Assembly (NCBI RefSeq): GCF_013177435.1
Contig: NZ_CP053627.1
Location: forward strand, 2,400,001 to 2,432,000
DNA from: Xylella taiwanensis
GTDB lineage: Bacteria; Pseudomonadota; Gammaproteobacteria; Xanthomonadales; Xanthomonadaceae
Direction of reading: 5' to 3'
Length of the DNA: 32,000 bases
This document shows positions 8,351-17,559 of this stretch, piece by piece. The notes beneath the pieces were generated by a model. The model was not told the DNA's origin. It ran no database searches and saw only the letters and a list, made by a program, of their open reading frames with translations. Numbering within the stretch: position 1 is the first letter of the stretch; every line of letters starts with the position of its first letter. The position numbers and the translations under genes are program-made.

Positions 8351-10447
8351 CTATAAACACTCTAGCAAAGCCATCTGCGCCGAGTATGGCACATCGCCTT
8401 TATCAGGAAACAGTTTCCGGTACACGCCATCACTCCCCAGTTCCCAAGCATTGAGGTTGTCATCCAAGTAGTTCTGCAGAACATCGGAATAAATGCGTTT
8501 GGCCAAATCCGGATTCAAAATCGGGAAACAGATCTCGACCCGACGTAGCAAATTACGCTCTAACCAATCGGCACTCGCGCAAAACAGTTCAGGATCACCG
8601 TTATTACCAAACCAGTAAACCCGGCTGTGCTCCAGGAAGCGGCCGACGATTGAACGCACTCGGATGTTTTCCGATATGCCCTGCACACCCGGTCGCAACG
8701 TGCAAGCCCCACGCACAATCAGATCAATCCGCACACCGGCCTGCGAAGCCATATACAGGGCTCGTACGACCTGTGGTTCATTAAGTGCGTTCATCTTGGC
8801 AATGATGCGGGCAGGGCGCCCCTTCCGCGCCAACGTGGTCTCGCGTTCGATCCGACGCAGCACCCCCGCATGCAGTGTGAATGGGGACTGCAGCAAACAC
8901 TCAAGCTTCATCTTGGGTGCCAATCCAGACAATTGCAGAAATAGTTGATGCACATCTTTACCGATCGCCGCGTTGGCAGTAATCAGGCTCAAATCGGTAT
9001 ACACCCGTGCCGTACCGCTATGGTAGTTACCTGTGCCCAAATGCACGTATCGACGCAGCTTGCGCCCCTCACGGCGTACGATCAGTAACATCTTGGCATG
9101 GGTCTTGTAACCGACGACACCATACACCACCTGTACCCTAGCCTCCTGCAGCTTATCGGCCAAGCCAAGGTTGGCCTCCTCGTCAAAACGCGCGCGCAGC
9201 TCAACCACCACAGTCACATCCTTACCGCTGCGTGCAGCTTGGATCAGTGCATCGACGATTGTCGAATCCTTGCCGGTGCGGTATAGGGTTTGTTTGATCG
9301 CTAGCACATCCGGGTCAGCCGCCGCGTGACGCAGCAAATCAAGCACTGCGGTAAAAGCATCGTAAGGGTGGTACAACAGCACATCCCCCTTAGCTACGAT
9401 CTCAAAAATGCGATCACTGTGACGCAACGTGCGTGGATTGAACGGGGGATACTTCAGCTCCGGACGCAAAACCATGTCATAGACCTGACTGACTCGGCTC
9501 AAATTGACAGGACCATTGATCCGGTAAACAGCGTTTTCTTGCAAACCAAACTTCTGAAGTAATGTACGCACAATCGGGGTTGGGCAGTCCTCAGCGATCT
9601 CCAGCCGTACTGCAAGACGATAACCGCGTGTCACCAACTCGTTACGCAACGCCAGCGCCAAATTCTCGACCTCATCCTCATCCACCACCAACTCGGAATT
9701 GCGAGTGACGCGAAATTGATAAGCCCCTTTGACCGCCATGCCCGGGAACAACTCATCGACAAAAGCCGACAACACGGAGGACAAGAAGACGAAGTTTTGC
9801 GAACCGACCCCGCACAGATGCTGGGGCAACTCGATAATGCGCGGCAACGAACGCGGCGCACGGACGATAGCCAGATGGCCGGCACGACCAAATGCATCAA
9901 TACCGTTAAGCACCACCACGATATTTAAGGTTTTATTGAAGATTTTTGGGAACGGGTGGGCAGGATCCAAACCAAGTGGCGATAATACCGGCATGATCTC
10001 ATTGCGGAAGTAACCACGTAGCCAACGTTTCTGGCGCACGTTCCAACTGTTATGACCGAGCACACCCACACCAAGTGCAGCGAGTGCCGGGCACAGCACT
10101 TGGTTCCAGCAGTTGTACTGCTCATGTACTAGTTGAGTCGTCAGGTCGTGAACAGCGTTGAGGATGGCTGCCGGCCTCATCCCATCCGGCGCTGGCGGCA
10201 AACCGAATTCCTGGGCATGGCGCATGGTAGCGACACGGATTTCGAAGAATTCATCCAGATTCGTGGAAGAAATACACAAGAAACGCAACCGCTCTAACAA
10301 CGGCACCTGCTCATCCAATGCCTGCGCCAGTACTCGGAAGTTGAAGTCAAGCTGTGATAATTCCCGATTCAAATATAGTCCCGGATCGCGTAATTGCTGG
10401 CTGACATCAGACGCTGGAACGGGTTCAACGGCAGAAGAATTAGACAT
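8351..10447 (-). CDS. ppk: Polyphosphate kinase 1
   Basis: Collinear with E. coli Ppk over about 700 aa (LNRELSQLDFNFRVL, SSTNLDEFFEIRVA, HLGTGNYHSGTARVYTD, SADWLERNLLRRVE). The longest ORF reaches 10486. I prefer ATG 10447 (MSNSSAVEP) because AAGG lies 7 nt upstream. Confidence 0.93.
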   Translation of the reverse strand: MSNSSAVEPVPASDVSQQLRDPGLYLNRELSQLDFNFRVLAQALDEQVPLLERLRFLCISSTNLDEFFEIRVATMRHAQEFGLPPAPDGMRPAAILNAVHDLTTQLVHEQYNCWNQVLCPALAALGVGVLGHNSWNVRQKRWLRGYFRNEIMPVLSPLGLDPAHPFPKIFNKTLNIVVVLNGIDAFGRAGHLAIVRAPRSLPRIIELPQHLCGVGSQNFVFLSSVLSAFVDELFPGMAVKGAYQFRVTRNSELVVDEDEVENLALALRNELVTRGYRLAVRLEIAEDCPTPIVRTLLQKFGLQENAVYRINGPVNLSRVSQVYDMVLRPELKYPPFNPRTLRHSDRIFEIVAKGDVLLYHPYDAFTAVLDLLRHAAADPDVLAIKQTLYRTGKDSTIVDALIQAARSGKDVTVVVELRARFDEEANLGLADKLQEARVQVVYGVVGYKTHAKMLLIVRREGRKLRRYVHLGTGNYHSGTARVYTDLSLITANAAIGKDVHQLFLQLSGLAPKMKLECLLQSPFTLHAGVLRRIERETTLARKGRPARIIAKMNALNEPQVVRALYMASQAGVRIDLIVRGACTLRPGVQGISENIRVRSIVGRFLEHSRVYWFGNNGDPELFCASADWLERNLLRRVEICFPILNPDLAKRIYSDVLQNYLDDNLNAWELGSDGVYRKLFPDKGDVPYSAQMALLECL

Positions 10448-10551
10448 AGAACGCCTTGGGGCGAAAGATATAGGAAGAAACAACAACGGTTACGCCACAG
10501 TAAACCTACACAACACGAGCAAGGCTCATTTGAAACATGGTGATATGGATA

Positions 10552-11895
10552 TCAAGGGTGTATCGGCAAAGACTCAGATTCACGCATGGCGACACGCGCT
10601 GCACCAAAGTGGCAGGAAAACTCACTCCCCCTACCAACCTCACTGATGATTTCTAAGCGCGCTTGGTGCAGCTCCAACACATGCTTGACGATAGACAACC
10701 CTAAACCGGTACCACCCCTCTCACGCGAGCGGCTGCTGGAAACCCGGTAAAAACGTTCGGTGATTCGTGGTAAATGTGAAATTGGAATGCCATAACCAGT
10801 ATCGCAAACCATCAGCACCACACCATCGTTTTCGCGTTGAAAATACACCCTAACGCTACCCCCAGCCGGGGTGTAACGCACTGCGTTGGTAAGCAAATTG
10901 GAAAACGCACTGTGAAGGTCTTTATTGGAACCGAAAAGATCGCAGCCGGCATTGTCGATCACTTCAATCACATGACGACCTTGACTGTGCGCTTCAGCCT
11001 CACGACGCAAGGTTGCCAGCATCGGCACCATTGCCACCTGCTCCTCTTCGAGTTCCTCCTGGGATTCCAATCTCGAGAGGGTCAATAGATCCTCAACTAA
11101 CTGCGCCATGCGCTGCGACTGCTTACGCATTTCACTCAACATCGGACCAGCATCTGGGAAATCATCCGGATCGAGCATGTCAAGATAGCCATAGACCACG
11201 GTCAGTGGGGTGCGTAATTCGTGCGACACGTTAGCTACGAAGTCGCGCTGTACCTGCTCCAAATGCAACAGTTTGGTAACGTCGCGCACCACCAGCAACA
11301 AGTAATCATCGAAATAAGGAATCATGCGCAGATTCAAGCGCAAGTCAGCATTCACTGGTGAAGGCACGTCCAACATCCCCTCAGCATTGCCGCAGCCGGG
11401 GATCAACCATGGTGCCAGCGGCAAAGGCCGCAGCCGCTCGACGACAGGCATATCCAGGTCACCAGGGTAACGCAGGCCAAGCAAAGTATTCGCAGCCTCA
11501 TTGAACCATTGAATGCATTGGCTGTTGCAATCAACCACAACCACCGCATCAGGTAAGGCTGCAGCCGCTGCGCGGTAGGTACGCAGCATCTCCATCAACC
11601 GACGACCACGCGCACGCATGTCGGTTTGATTACGGTAAAGCAAGTGTTCTAACGCTTTCCAAACACCAATACCCGCCGAGCGATCCCAGCGTCGACGCAC
11701 GGCCAGTCGATGCAGCACTTGATGCAATCGCCAGTATTGCCAAGCCAGCTCTCCTAATGCCGTCAAAGTCAGTACTATCCATACTTGGCCGATCAGCAGG
11801 CCAACAAGCAGTGCAGTGAGCAACATCAGCGCCAGCACACCCAGGGTCTTGAACCAAGCTAACCGAATACGGTGGAGTGTGGAGACGATACTCAC
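10552..11895 (-). CDS. phoR: Phosphate regulon sensor histidine kinase PhoR
   Basis: The 447-aa ORF has two N-terminal TM segments, the H-box FVANVSHELRTPLT, the N/G boxes NLLTNAVRYTP and DTGYGI..GTGLGLSIV. It starts with GTG, 23 nt after phoB. Confidence 0.9.
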   Translation of the reverse strand: MSIVSTLHRIRLAWFKTLGVLALMLLTALLVGLLIGQVWIVLTLTALGELAWQYWRLHQVLHRLAVRRRWDRSAGIGVWKALEHLLYRNQTDMRARGRRLMEMLRTYRAAAAALPDAVVVVDCNSQCIQWFNEAANTLLGLRYPGDLDMPVVERLRPLPLAPWLIPGCGNAEGMLDVPSPVNADLRLNLRMIPYFDDYLLLVVRDVTKLLHLEQVQRDFVANVSHELRTPLTVVYGYLDMLDPDDFPDAGPMLSEMRKQSQRMAQLVEDLLTLSRLESQEELEEEQVAMVPMLATLRREAEAHSQGRHVIEVIDNAGCDLFGSNKDLHSAFSNLLTNAVRYTPAGGSVRVYFQRENDGVVLMVCDTGYGIPISHLPRITERFYRVSSSRSRERGGTGLGLSIVKHVLELHQARLEIISEVGRGSEFSCHFGAARVAMRESESLPIHP

Positions 11896-11918
11896 GGTAT
11901 TCGACGGGATACTCAGAT

Positions 11919-12608
11919 CTAGAGTGACCCGGAGAAACGGTAACCGGCACTGCGCACGGTCTGCACCATAGCATCCAGGTTGAATGGCTCCAAAGTCCTA
12001 CGTAAGCGGCGGATATGCACATCGATCGTGCGCTCCTCTACGTATACGCTGCCGCCCCAAACATGATCCAACAGTTGAGTACGCGTGTATACGCGCTCCG
12101 AATGTGTCATAAAGAAATGAAGTAAACGGTATTCAGTCGGCCCAATTGGTACTGGCATATTACCGGCATACACACGGTGCGCGGCACCGTCGATACGTAA
12201 TTTTCCAATCGCGACACTACCATCTTCATCATCCTCACGCGTGCGGCGCATCACCGCGCGAATTCGTGCCAACAGTTCGCGCGCCGAGAATGGCTTGACC
12301 ACGTAGTCATCCACCCCAGCTTCCAAACCACCAACCCGATCATCCTCCTCACTACGCGCGGTCAACATGATGATCGGTATTTCACGGGTCAGCGACTCCT
12401 TACGCCAGCGCCGGGCCAAGTCTAGGCCACTCGTACCGGGCAGCATCCAATCCAACAGAATCAAATCGGGAACGCAATCTGCGATAACGGTCTGAGCCTC
12501 GCGCGCATCGCTGGCATGCAACGATTCAAATTCGCCTTTACGCAGAGCGAAAGCAACCATCTCGCGAATCGCAACTTCATCATCGACAATCAAGACGCGT
12601 TTTTGCAC
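11919..12608 (-). CDS. phoB: Phosphate regulon response regulator PhoB (OmpR family)
   Basis: The 229-aa ORF starts MQKRVLIVDDE, which aligns position for position with E. coli MARRILVVEDE. It has a receiver domain plus a winged-helix C-terminus (VWG..VYVEERTIDVHIRRLR). The start is GTG, and Pho boxes lie upstream. Confidence 0.93.
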   Translation of the reverse strand: MQKRVLIVDDEVAIREMVAFALRKGEFESLHASDAREAQTVIADCVPDLILLDWMLPGTSGLDLARRWRKESLTREIPIIMLTARSEEDDRVGGLEAGVDDYVVKPFSARELLARIRAVMRRTREDDEDGSVAIGKLRIDGAAHRVYAGNMPVPIGPTEYRLLHFFMTHSERVYTRTQLLDHVWGGSVYVEERTIDVHIRRLRRTLEPFNLDAMVQTVRSAGYRFSGSL

Positions 12609-12644
12609 GCTCAGGTACCGCCTTACTTGGATACTTACCAGTAG

Positions 12645-12682
12645 ACTACAAATTCATGACAAAAATGTGGCGTATATGACAA
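12645..12682 (-). promoter_or_regulatory. Tandem Pho boxes (PhoB binding sites) in the phoB promoter
   Basis: The minus strand reads TTGTCATATACGCCACAT TT TTGTCATGAATTTGTAGT. Both boxes start with a perfect TGTCAT half-site. The proximal box has a good second half-site 11 bp later (TTGTAGT). It ends 36 nt before the phoB GTG, with TAAGTAT as a possible -10. Confidence 0.6.
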
Positions 12683-12689
12683 ACAAACA

Positions 12690-14324
12690 TCATCGGTCCA
12701 AATCTGGATCACGGACACCTTGACGCCGCATTTCCAGCACCGTTGGAGTAATCACCGCAATACGCGCATCGACTCGCGCCCGCGTCACATAATCCAGATT
12801 CTGCTTCTTCAACGCCTGCAACTGAATCAATGCCTGCTCCGGACGTCCGTTCAGAAACGCAGCTTCAGCATAGGCCTCACTGGCTCGTGCAGTAGCTCCG
12901 GCCAACTCGCAAGCACGCGCGAAGGTTTGTTGAAATAATGCATCCCCAGCTAACTGGCGCAGTAACGGCAACAACAATGCCTGAGCACGCTTACCATCCT
13001 GGAGATTGCCACCTTCATTGAGCATCTCCGCGTACATCAACACCACTGCACGTTTCCCAGGAAAGCGCCGTAACAATGCATCGAAACGCTCGCCAGCCTC
13101 ACGACGCTGACCAGTCCGGGCTTGTGTCTGTGCCAACGCTAATCCAAGCCACACGTTGTCAGGATGCACCTCTAACAACGCACGAAATTCATGCATGACC
13201 TCAGCTAGGTTGCTGCCACTGCGCAACTTAGCCAACGCCAGACCATAGCGCTGAAACTCACTCAACCCACCCTTTGCATTGCGACGTAGGGCTTCATACT
13301 CACGCAACGCAATATCTGGCGATTTCGCGCTAAGTACCCGTAGACGCTCCTTGGCCCAACCAAACTGACCGCTGGGGCCACGAGATAACACGCCATACGC
13401 TGGCTGTAATCCCCTGGGCAACAATGGATTGGAAGCAACACCAGGCAAGACGTGATTCAAACCCAAGCGTTCCTGAGACATCAGGCCAGGAACACTACTC
13501 GCCATCGTCAGTTCCGTTTGTTTCTTGAATTGCTCGGCACGTGCCTTAGCTTCGCTGATGCGGGTCACAGTGACCGGATGGGTCTGCAAGTAATCTGGCA
13601 CCTGGTCACCACCAGAATTACCACGCATCGCCAGCGACATTCTCTCAAAAAAACCGGCCATCGCCTCTACATCGTAACCACTACGCGCCAGGGTGCGAAT
13701 TCCAAGGCGATCAGCCTCAGCCTCGTTGGAACGGGTGTAGTTGATCTGACGCTGCTGCATGAGTCCCATCGCGCTGGTAATACCAGCCATCGTCGCATCA
13801 CCACTTGAATTACCACCAACATGCTGCGCAGCGATGACGGCTGCCAGCATACCTAGAAGAATCGGAATCTGATCACGCTGCGCGCGCTCAACGCTACGCA
13901 GCACATGTTGCTGGGTAATGTGCGCGATCTCGTGCGAAAGCACTGCTGCAACCTCATCCTCACGTTCTGCAGTCAGCAACAGACCGGAATTCACCGCCAC
14001 ATAGCCCCCCAATGTGGCAAACGCATTGATTTGACGCTCTTTTAACAAGATAAATGTAAAAGACTGCTGCGGTTGATCACTATTGGCAGCCAAACGTTCC
14101 CCTATGGTCTGCAACCAACCCTGCAACAACGGATCTTCCAACACATAGCCATAGTTGCGTAACTCAGCCATCATCAGCTTGCCATATTCAGCCTGACGTG
14201 CCGGTGTCAACAGTTGGCCCGCCGACGAACCAATATCCGGTAAGCGGCTTTCCTGAGCATCGACACCGATACTCCCCAGGGGCAAAGCGAAAGCAATGAC
14301 AAGAGCAAGTGATAGTCGACGCAA
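12690..14324 (-). CDS. M48 family zinc metalloprotease with C-terminal TPR repeats (BepA/YfgC-like), periplasmic
   Basis: The 544-aa ORF has a signal peptide (MRRLSLALVIAFALPLGSIGVDA) and the HEIAH zinc motif (LSHEIAHITQQH). The C-terminal half is TPR-like. The TTG start is preceded by AGGAG with a 7-nt spacer. Confidence 0.88.
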   Translation of the reverse strand: MRRLSLALVIAFALPLGSIGVDAQESRLPDIGSSAGQLLTPARQAEYGKLMMAELRNYGYVLEDPLLQGWLQTIGERLAANSDQPQQSFTFILLKERQINAFATLGGYVAVNSGLLLTAEREDEVAAVLSHEIAHITQQHVLRSVERAQRDQIPILLGMLAAVIAAQHVGGNSSGDATMAGITSAMGLMQQRQINYTRSNEAEADRLGIRTLARSGYDVEAMAGFFERMSLAMRGNSGGDQVPDYLQTHPVTVTRISEAKARAEQFKKQTELTMASSVPGLMSQERLGLNHVLPGVASNPLLPRGLQPAYGVLSRGPSGQFGWAKERLRVLSAKSPDIALREYEALRRNAKGGLSEFQRYGLALAKLRSGSNLAEVMHEFRALLEVHPDNVWLGLALAQTQARTGQRREAGERFDALLRRFPGKRAVVLMYAEMLNEGGNLQDGKRAQALLLPLLRQLAGDALFQQTFARACELAGATARASEAYAEAAFLNGRPEQALIQLQALKKQNLDYVTRARVDARIAVITPTVLEMRRQGVRDPDLDR

Positions 14325-14444
14325 AACAAAACTCCTGTCGCAAAATTATGGCAAAGCCACCAGTCTAAGCGTTGCAACCACCGTCTTCGAAATGCGGATC
14401 AGTCAGTTATCATCTTGGACCTGAAAATCGACACGGAGTTTCCC

Positions 14445-14750
14445 ATGAAACAAGACACTACCAGTGATGAAGCAGACAGCCCCCCCAAGATTACTATTTA
14501 CTCAACTGCTATCTGCCCCTATTGCGTGGCTGCCAAGAATTTCCTAAAGACCAAGGGCTACACTTGGACCGAGATCAGGATCGACGTGAACTCAGCAGAA
14601 CGTGAAAAAATGATTACACGCACTAAGCGCACCAGCGTGCCCCAGATTTTCATCGGCGACACTCATATTGGCGGCTACGACGACATGATGGCACTCCATC
14701 ATGCGGGTAAGCTCGAACAACTGCTGACCAAGGAGATTCCGCAGGAATGA
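14445..14750 (+). CDS. grxC: Glutaredoxin 3
   Basis: It has the CPYC active site (IYSTAICPYCVAAKNFL) and TSVPQIFIGDTHIGGYDD. I prefer ATG 14445 (GGAG 6 nt upstream) over the upstream TTG 14415 used by the ORF track. Confidence 0.9.
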   Translation: MKQDTTSDEADSPPKITIYSTAICPYCVAAKNFLKTKGYTWTEIRIDVNSAEREKMITRTKRTSVPQIFIGDTHIGGYDDMMALHHAGKLEQLLTKEIPQE

Positions 14751-15636
14751 TCGCCATTGGAGCCCAAACAACGATCTCATCCCCACTTTCACCGAGCTCT
14801 GCCAGCTTATGCGTCAACACATCTTGTCCAAGCTGAACCAAGTCATAGGCTCCTTTTTCAAGCTGCCCCAGAATTGCCACACTGACGCATCAAACATGAA
14901 AACACATTTAGTTGCCCAACCTAGTGGCATCGTTGGTATTACATTGCAGCAGCTACATCAATGACTGCGTTGCACAACTTAATTGTAGCCACCAAGGCCT
15001 TTCCGAAACCTTCTCGCACCACACCAACTCAGCATCTGCGCGACTCAGCTAAACAGCACTGAGAAACTGCCACCAAAGCCCAAATGCGTTTGCACATAGG
15101 TACTTGGAGGAGTCTAACAGCACACAACAAGCACGACTGACTTATATGCAACCCTGCGCACCCTGACATCCATCCTGATCCACATCACACACCAGACGGC
15201 ACAGCGACCTCTTACCCATCATGAAGAGACGCACCCATCCTTGCACGAAGTGGATCAATGCAACGAACATCACGCGGACGTTTCTCTCAGCAATTTAAAG
15301 ATCTGACGGAATGTCAGATATGGTTGCTGCCTAAAAGTAGTGTGCAAATCCACTGCACTTGGCGAATGGCATGGATACGTAGTTAGGAAACAATCACCGT
15401 TGGTGGAATCGCTCCAACTGAGACCAGGATCGGTCAATGCCGATCACTACCACTAAAGAACCATACAAACTGTAAGCTCTGCACCCGAGAGCGTAGATCA
15501 AATAATTTAGATCTCAAAAAGTGTTATCGGCTGAGGTCATCTACGGACATCAGGCATAATACGCACGTAAAACCCCCGGCATCTGCAATCTGGACAGCCA
15601 GTTGGCACTCCCCTTTCAGTTCGGAACTCAACTCTC

Positions 15637-16644
15637 ATGACGCAAACAATTACGGTGATCCGCGGTGATGGTATCGGTCCAGAAATCATGGATGCCGCCC
15701 TGTTAGTGTTAAACACTTTACAAGCGAATCTGAACTACGAATTCGCGGATGCAGGCTTGACCGCACTGGAAAAACACGGAGACTTGCTACCAGAAGCTAC
15801 CCTGGACTCGATCAGCAAGAACAAAGTTGCACTGAAAAGCCCGCTCACCACCCCAGTGGGCGAAGGTTTCACCTCGATCAATGTTGCCCTACGACGCAAA
15901 TTCGACTTATACGCCAACGTACGTCCCGCCAAATCTTTCCCAAACACTAAGTCACGCTTTACTGATGGCGTCGACTTGATCACAGTGCGAGAGAACACCG
16001 AGGGCGCCTACTTGAGCGAAGGTCAAACCATCTCTCCCGACGGCGAAGTTGCCATTTCTAGCGCACGGGTTACCCGCAAAGGCTCCGAACGCATTGTCCG
16101 TTATGCCTTTGACTTGGCACGCACGACAGGCCGCAAAAAGGTCACCGCAGTGCATAAAGCCAACATCATTAAATCAACCTCTGGCCTATTCCTGAAGACC
16201 GCTCGTGACATCGCAAGCCAGTACCCAGAGATCGATTTCCAGGAAATGATCGTCGACAACGCCTGCATGCAACTTGTGATGCGTCCGGAGCAATTCGACA
16301 TCGTTGTCACCACTAACTTGTTCGGCGACATCCTTTCAGATCTATGTGCAGGCTTGGTCGGTGGTTTAGGCTTAGCCCCGGGTGCCAACATTGGTAATGA
16401 ACAAGCCATCTTCGAGGCCGTACACGGCTCCGCTCCAGACATCGCTGGACAGGGCAAGGCCAACCCATGCGCGCTACTGTTAGGTGCTGCACAAATGCTG
16501 GATCACATCGGCCAACCACAGAACGCCGAACGCCTACGTAACGCAATTGTAGCCACACTGAATGCCAAGGATTCACTGACTCCCGATCTGGGTGGCAGCG
16601 GCAATACCATGGGGTTCGCCACAGCGATCGCCAACCGACTCTGA
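15637..16644 (+). CDS. icd: Isocitrate dehydrogenase of the 335-aa isocitrate/isopropylmalate dehydrogenase family
   Basis: MTQTITVIRGDGIGPEIM, VRENTEGAYL and NLFGDILSDLCAGLVGGLGLAPGANIG are beta-decarboxylating dehydrogenase signatures. The size and sequence match the short IDH type found in Xanthomonadales. Confidence 0.85.
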   Translation: MTQTITVIRGDGIGPEIMDAALLVLNTLQANLNYEFADAGLTALEKHGDLLPEATLDSISKNKVALKSPLTTPVGEGFTSINVALRRKFDLYANVRPAKSFPNTKSRFTDGVDLITVRENTEGAYLSEGQTISPDGEVAISSARVTRKGSERIVRYAFDLARTTGRKKVTAVHKANIIKSTSGLFLKTARDIASQYPEIDFQEMIVDNACMQLVMRPEQFDIVVTTNLFGDILSDLCAGLVGGLGLAPGANIGNEQAIFEAVHGSAPDIAGQGKANPCALLLGAAQMLDHIGQPQNAERLRNAIVATLNAKDSLTPDLGGSGNTMGFATAIANRL

Positions 16645-16672
16645 AGAACGTGTTAGTACCATCGCATGCAGT

Positions 16673-16696
16673 TTAAGGAGCAAGTTAAGGAGCAAG
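16673..16696 (+). repeat. Perfect tandem duplication 2 x 12 bp (TTAAGGAGCAAG)
   Basis: Read directly at 16673-16684 and 16685-16696, about 30 nt after the icd stop. Each unit contains AAGGAG, but no start codon follows. Confidence 0.9.
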
Positions 16697-16719
16697 GCTG
16701 ATCTAACTAGAATAAATCC

Positions 16720-16739
16720 CACAACACGTGTTTGTTGTG
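16720..16739 (+). terminator. Hairpin downstream of icd (possible terminator, no U-tract)
   Basis: CACAACA (16720-16726) pairs with TGTTGTG (16733-16739) as a 7-bp stem with a 6-nt loop, 76 nt after the icd stop. Confidence 0.3.
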
Positions 16740-17018
16740 ACACAGACTCGTCAATCTGGCCAAAAATACGCGGCAACAGTAACGCTAATAGGCTTTCAAT
16801 CCTAAGCGATTGATCTACACCCGCTAAATACGGATGGGATAGGCGCGTAACCGCGCTCTATTTGAGTCAGTTGAGGCACCCTCTATCCAGGTGCAAAAGA
16901 TTCCAAACTGGGCAACTCACTATAGAGTGTTGCTCCTATAATCGCCTTCCACTTTAAATGGCACCCAATCAGAGCCACCAAGACGACGATATGAACATCC
17001 ACACTGGCAAGGGTAAGC

Positions 17019-17041
17019 TGCTTCTATTAGTATCAGAAGCA
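17019..17041 (-). terminator. Hairpin immediately downstream of the DUF4019 gene
   Basis: TGCTTCT (17019-17025) pairs with AGAAGCA (17035-17041) as a 7-bp stem with a 9-nt loop, 12 nt beyond the stop at 17053. The trailing sequence on the minus strand is pyrimidine-rich but not a clean U-run. Confidence 0.4.
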
Positions 17042-17052
17042 TGAGCACCCTC

Positions 17053-17559
17053 TCAAAACGCGGCTTCATTTCCAGGAGCACGCAAGCTGTAACCTGATAA
17101 GCGCCAGATATTGTCATCATCCTGTCGGAACGAGATTAATTCACGCAATGGCTGCGATGCATTCGCAAACCTAACCGTGAAACTCACATTGAAGTACAGG
17201 CCAGCCGGCACTTGCATGCCGGTACCGTACTGGACACGAGTCACCACACCATGAGTGCGTGCGATCACCGTACCGAGACGACCGCGTTCGACACCAATCT
17301 GCTCAATAAAGGCATCACGCCTTACTGCTTGCTTGGCCACCACTGAGGCACCATCCCATATCTGAGCAATCTGGCCAGCATCAACCAACTGGGCAACCTT
17401 CAACGCGGCCTGATTCATCATGGCGTTCTGCCTAGCCAATTGCACTTGCTGAGCTGGTGTTAGAGTCGGCGCAACAGCTACCAGTTTGACCTGAGACTGG
17501 GCACGACCGAGCAAAGGAGCCAGGAACACAAGCACAAGCAGACGGGCAGGACAAAACAT
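17053..17559 (-). CDS. Secreted DUF4019 domain protein
   Basis: The pattern LVDAGQIAQIWDGAS...RGRLGTV..R......Y.....VPAGLYFNVSFTVRF......RELISFRQDDDNIWRLSGYSLR matches the DUF4019 pattern as I recall it. I prefer ATG 17559 (MFCPARLLVLVFLAPLLGRAQSQ signal peptide, AAGGA/GGAG upstream) over the 225-aa longest ORF. Confidence 0.7.
   Translation of the reverse strand: MFCPARLLVLVFLAPLLGRAQSQVKLVAVAPTLTPAQQVQLARQNAMMNQAALKVAQLVDAGQIAQIWDGASVVAKQAVRRDAFIEQIGVERGRLGTVIARTHGVVTRVQYGTGMQVPAGLYFNVSFTVRFANASQPLRELISFRQDDDNIWRLSGYSLRAPGNEAAF

Noticed and set aside
7632-8471. A 279-aa ORF on the + strand, antisense to ppx and the ppk 3' end. It is the longest unassigned ORF in the window.
   Set aside because: It lies entirely opposite genes with unambiguous Ppx and Ppk homology. 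Its product is low-complexity and R/L/Q-rich with no recognisable motif. It is a typical shadow ORF.
14650-14880. A 76-aa minus-strand ORF with a protein-like N-terminus (MAILGQLEKGAYDLVQLGQDVLTHKLAELGESGDEIV), convergent with grxC.
   Set aside because: It overlaps the grxC 3' end by about 100 nt. I saw no SD and recognise no family. It may be chance or part of a relic.
15408-15450. A THI-box-like fragment: TTGG..CCAA hairpin, CTGAGA, then ACC-AG-GATCGG-TCAATG-CCGATC. It resembles the CUGAGA / ACCUGAUC-GG-AUAAUGCC-GG core of TPP riboswitches.
   Set aside because: It lacks the 5' GGGGUGC P2 arm, the P4 pairing and the conserved GCG.AGGGA 3' element. icd is also not a thiamine gene. It is at best a fragment and probably coincidence.
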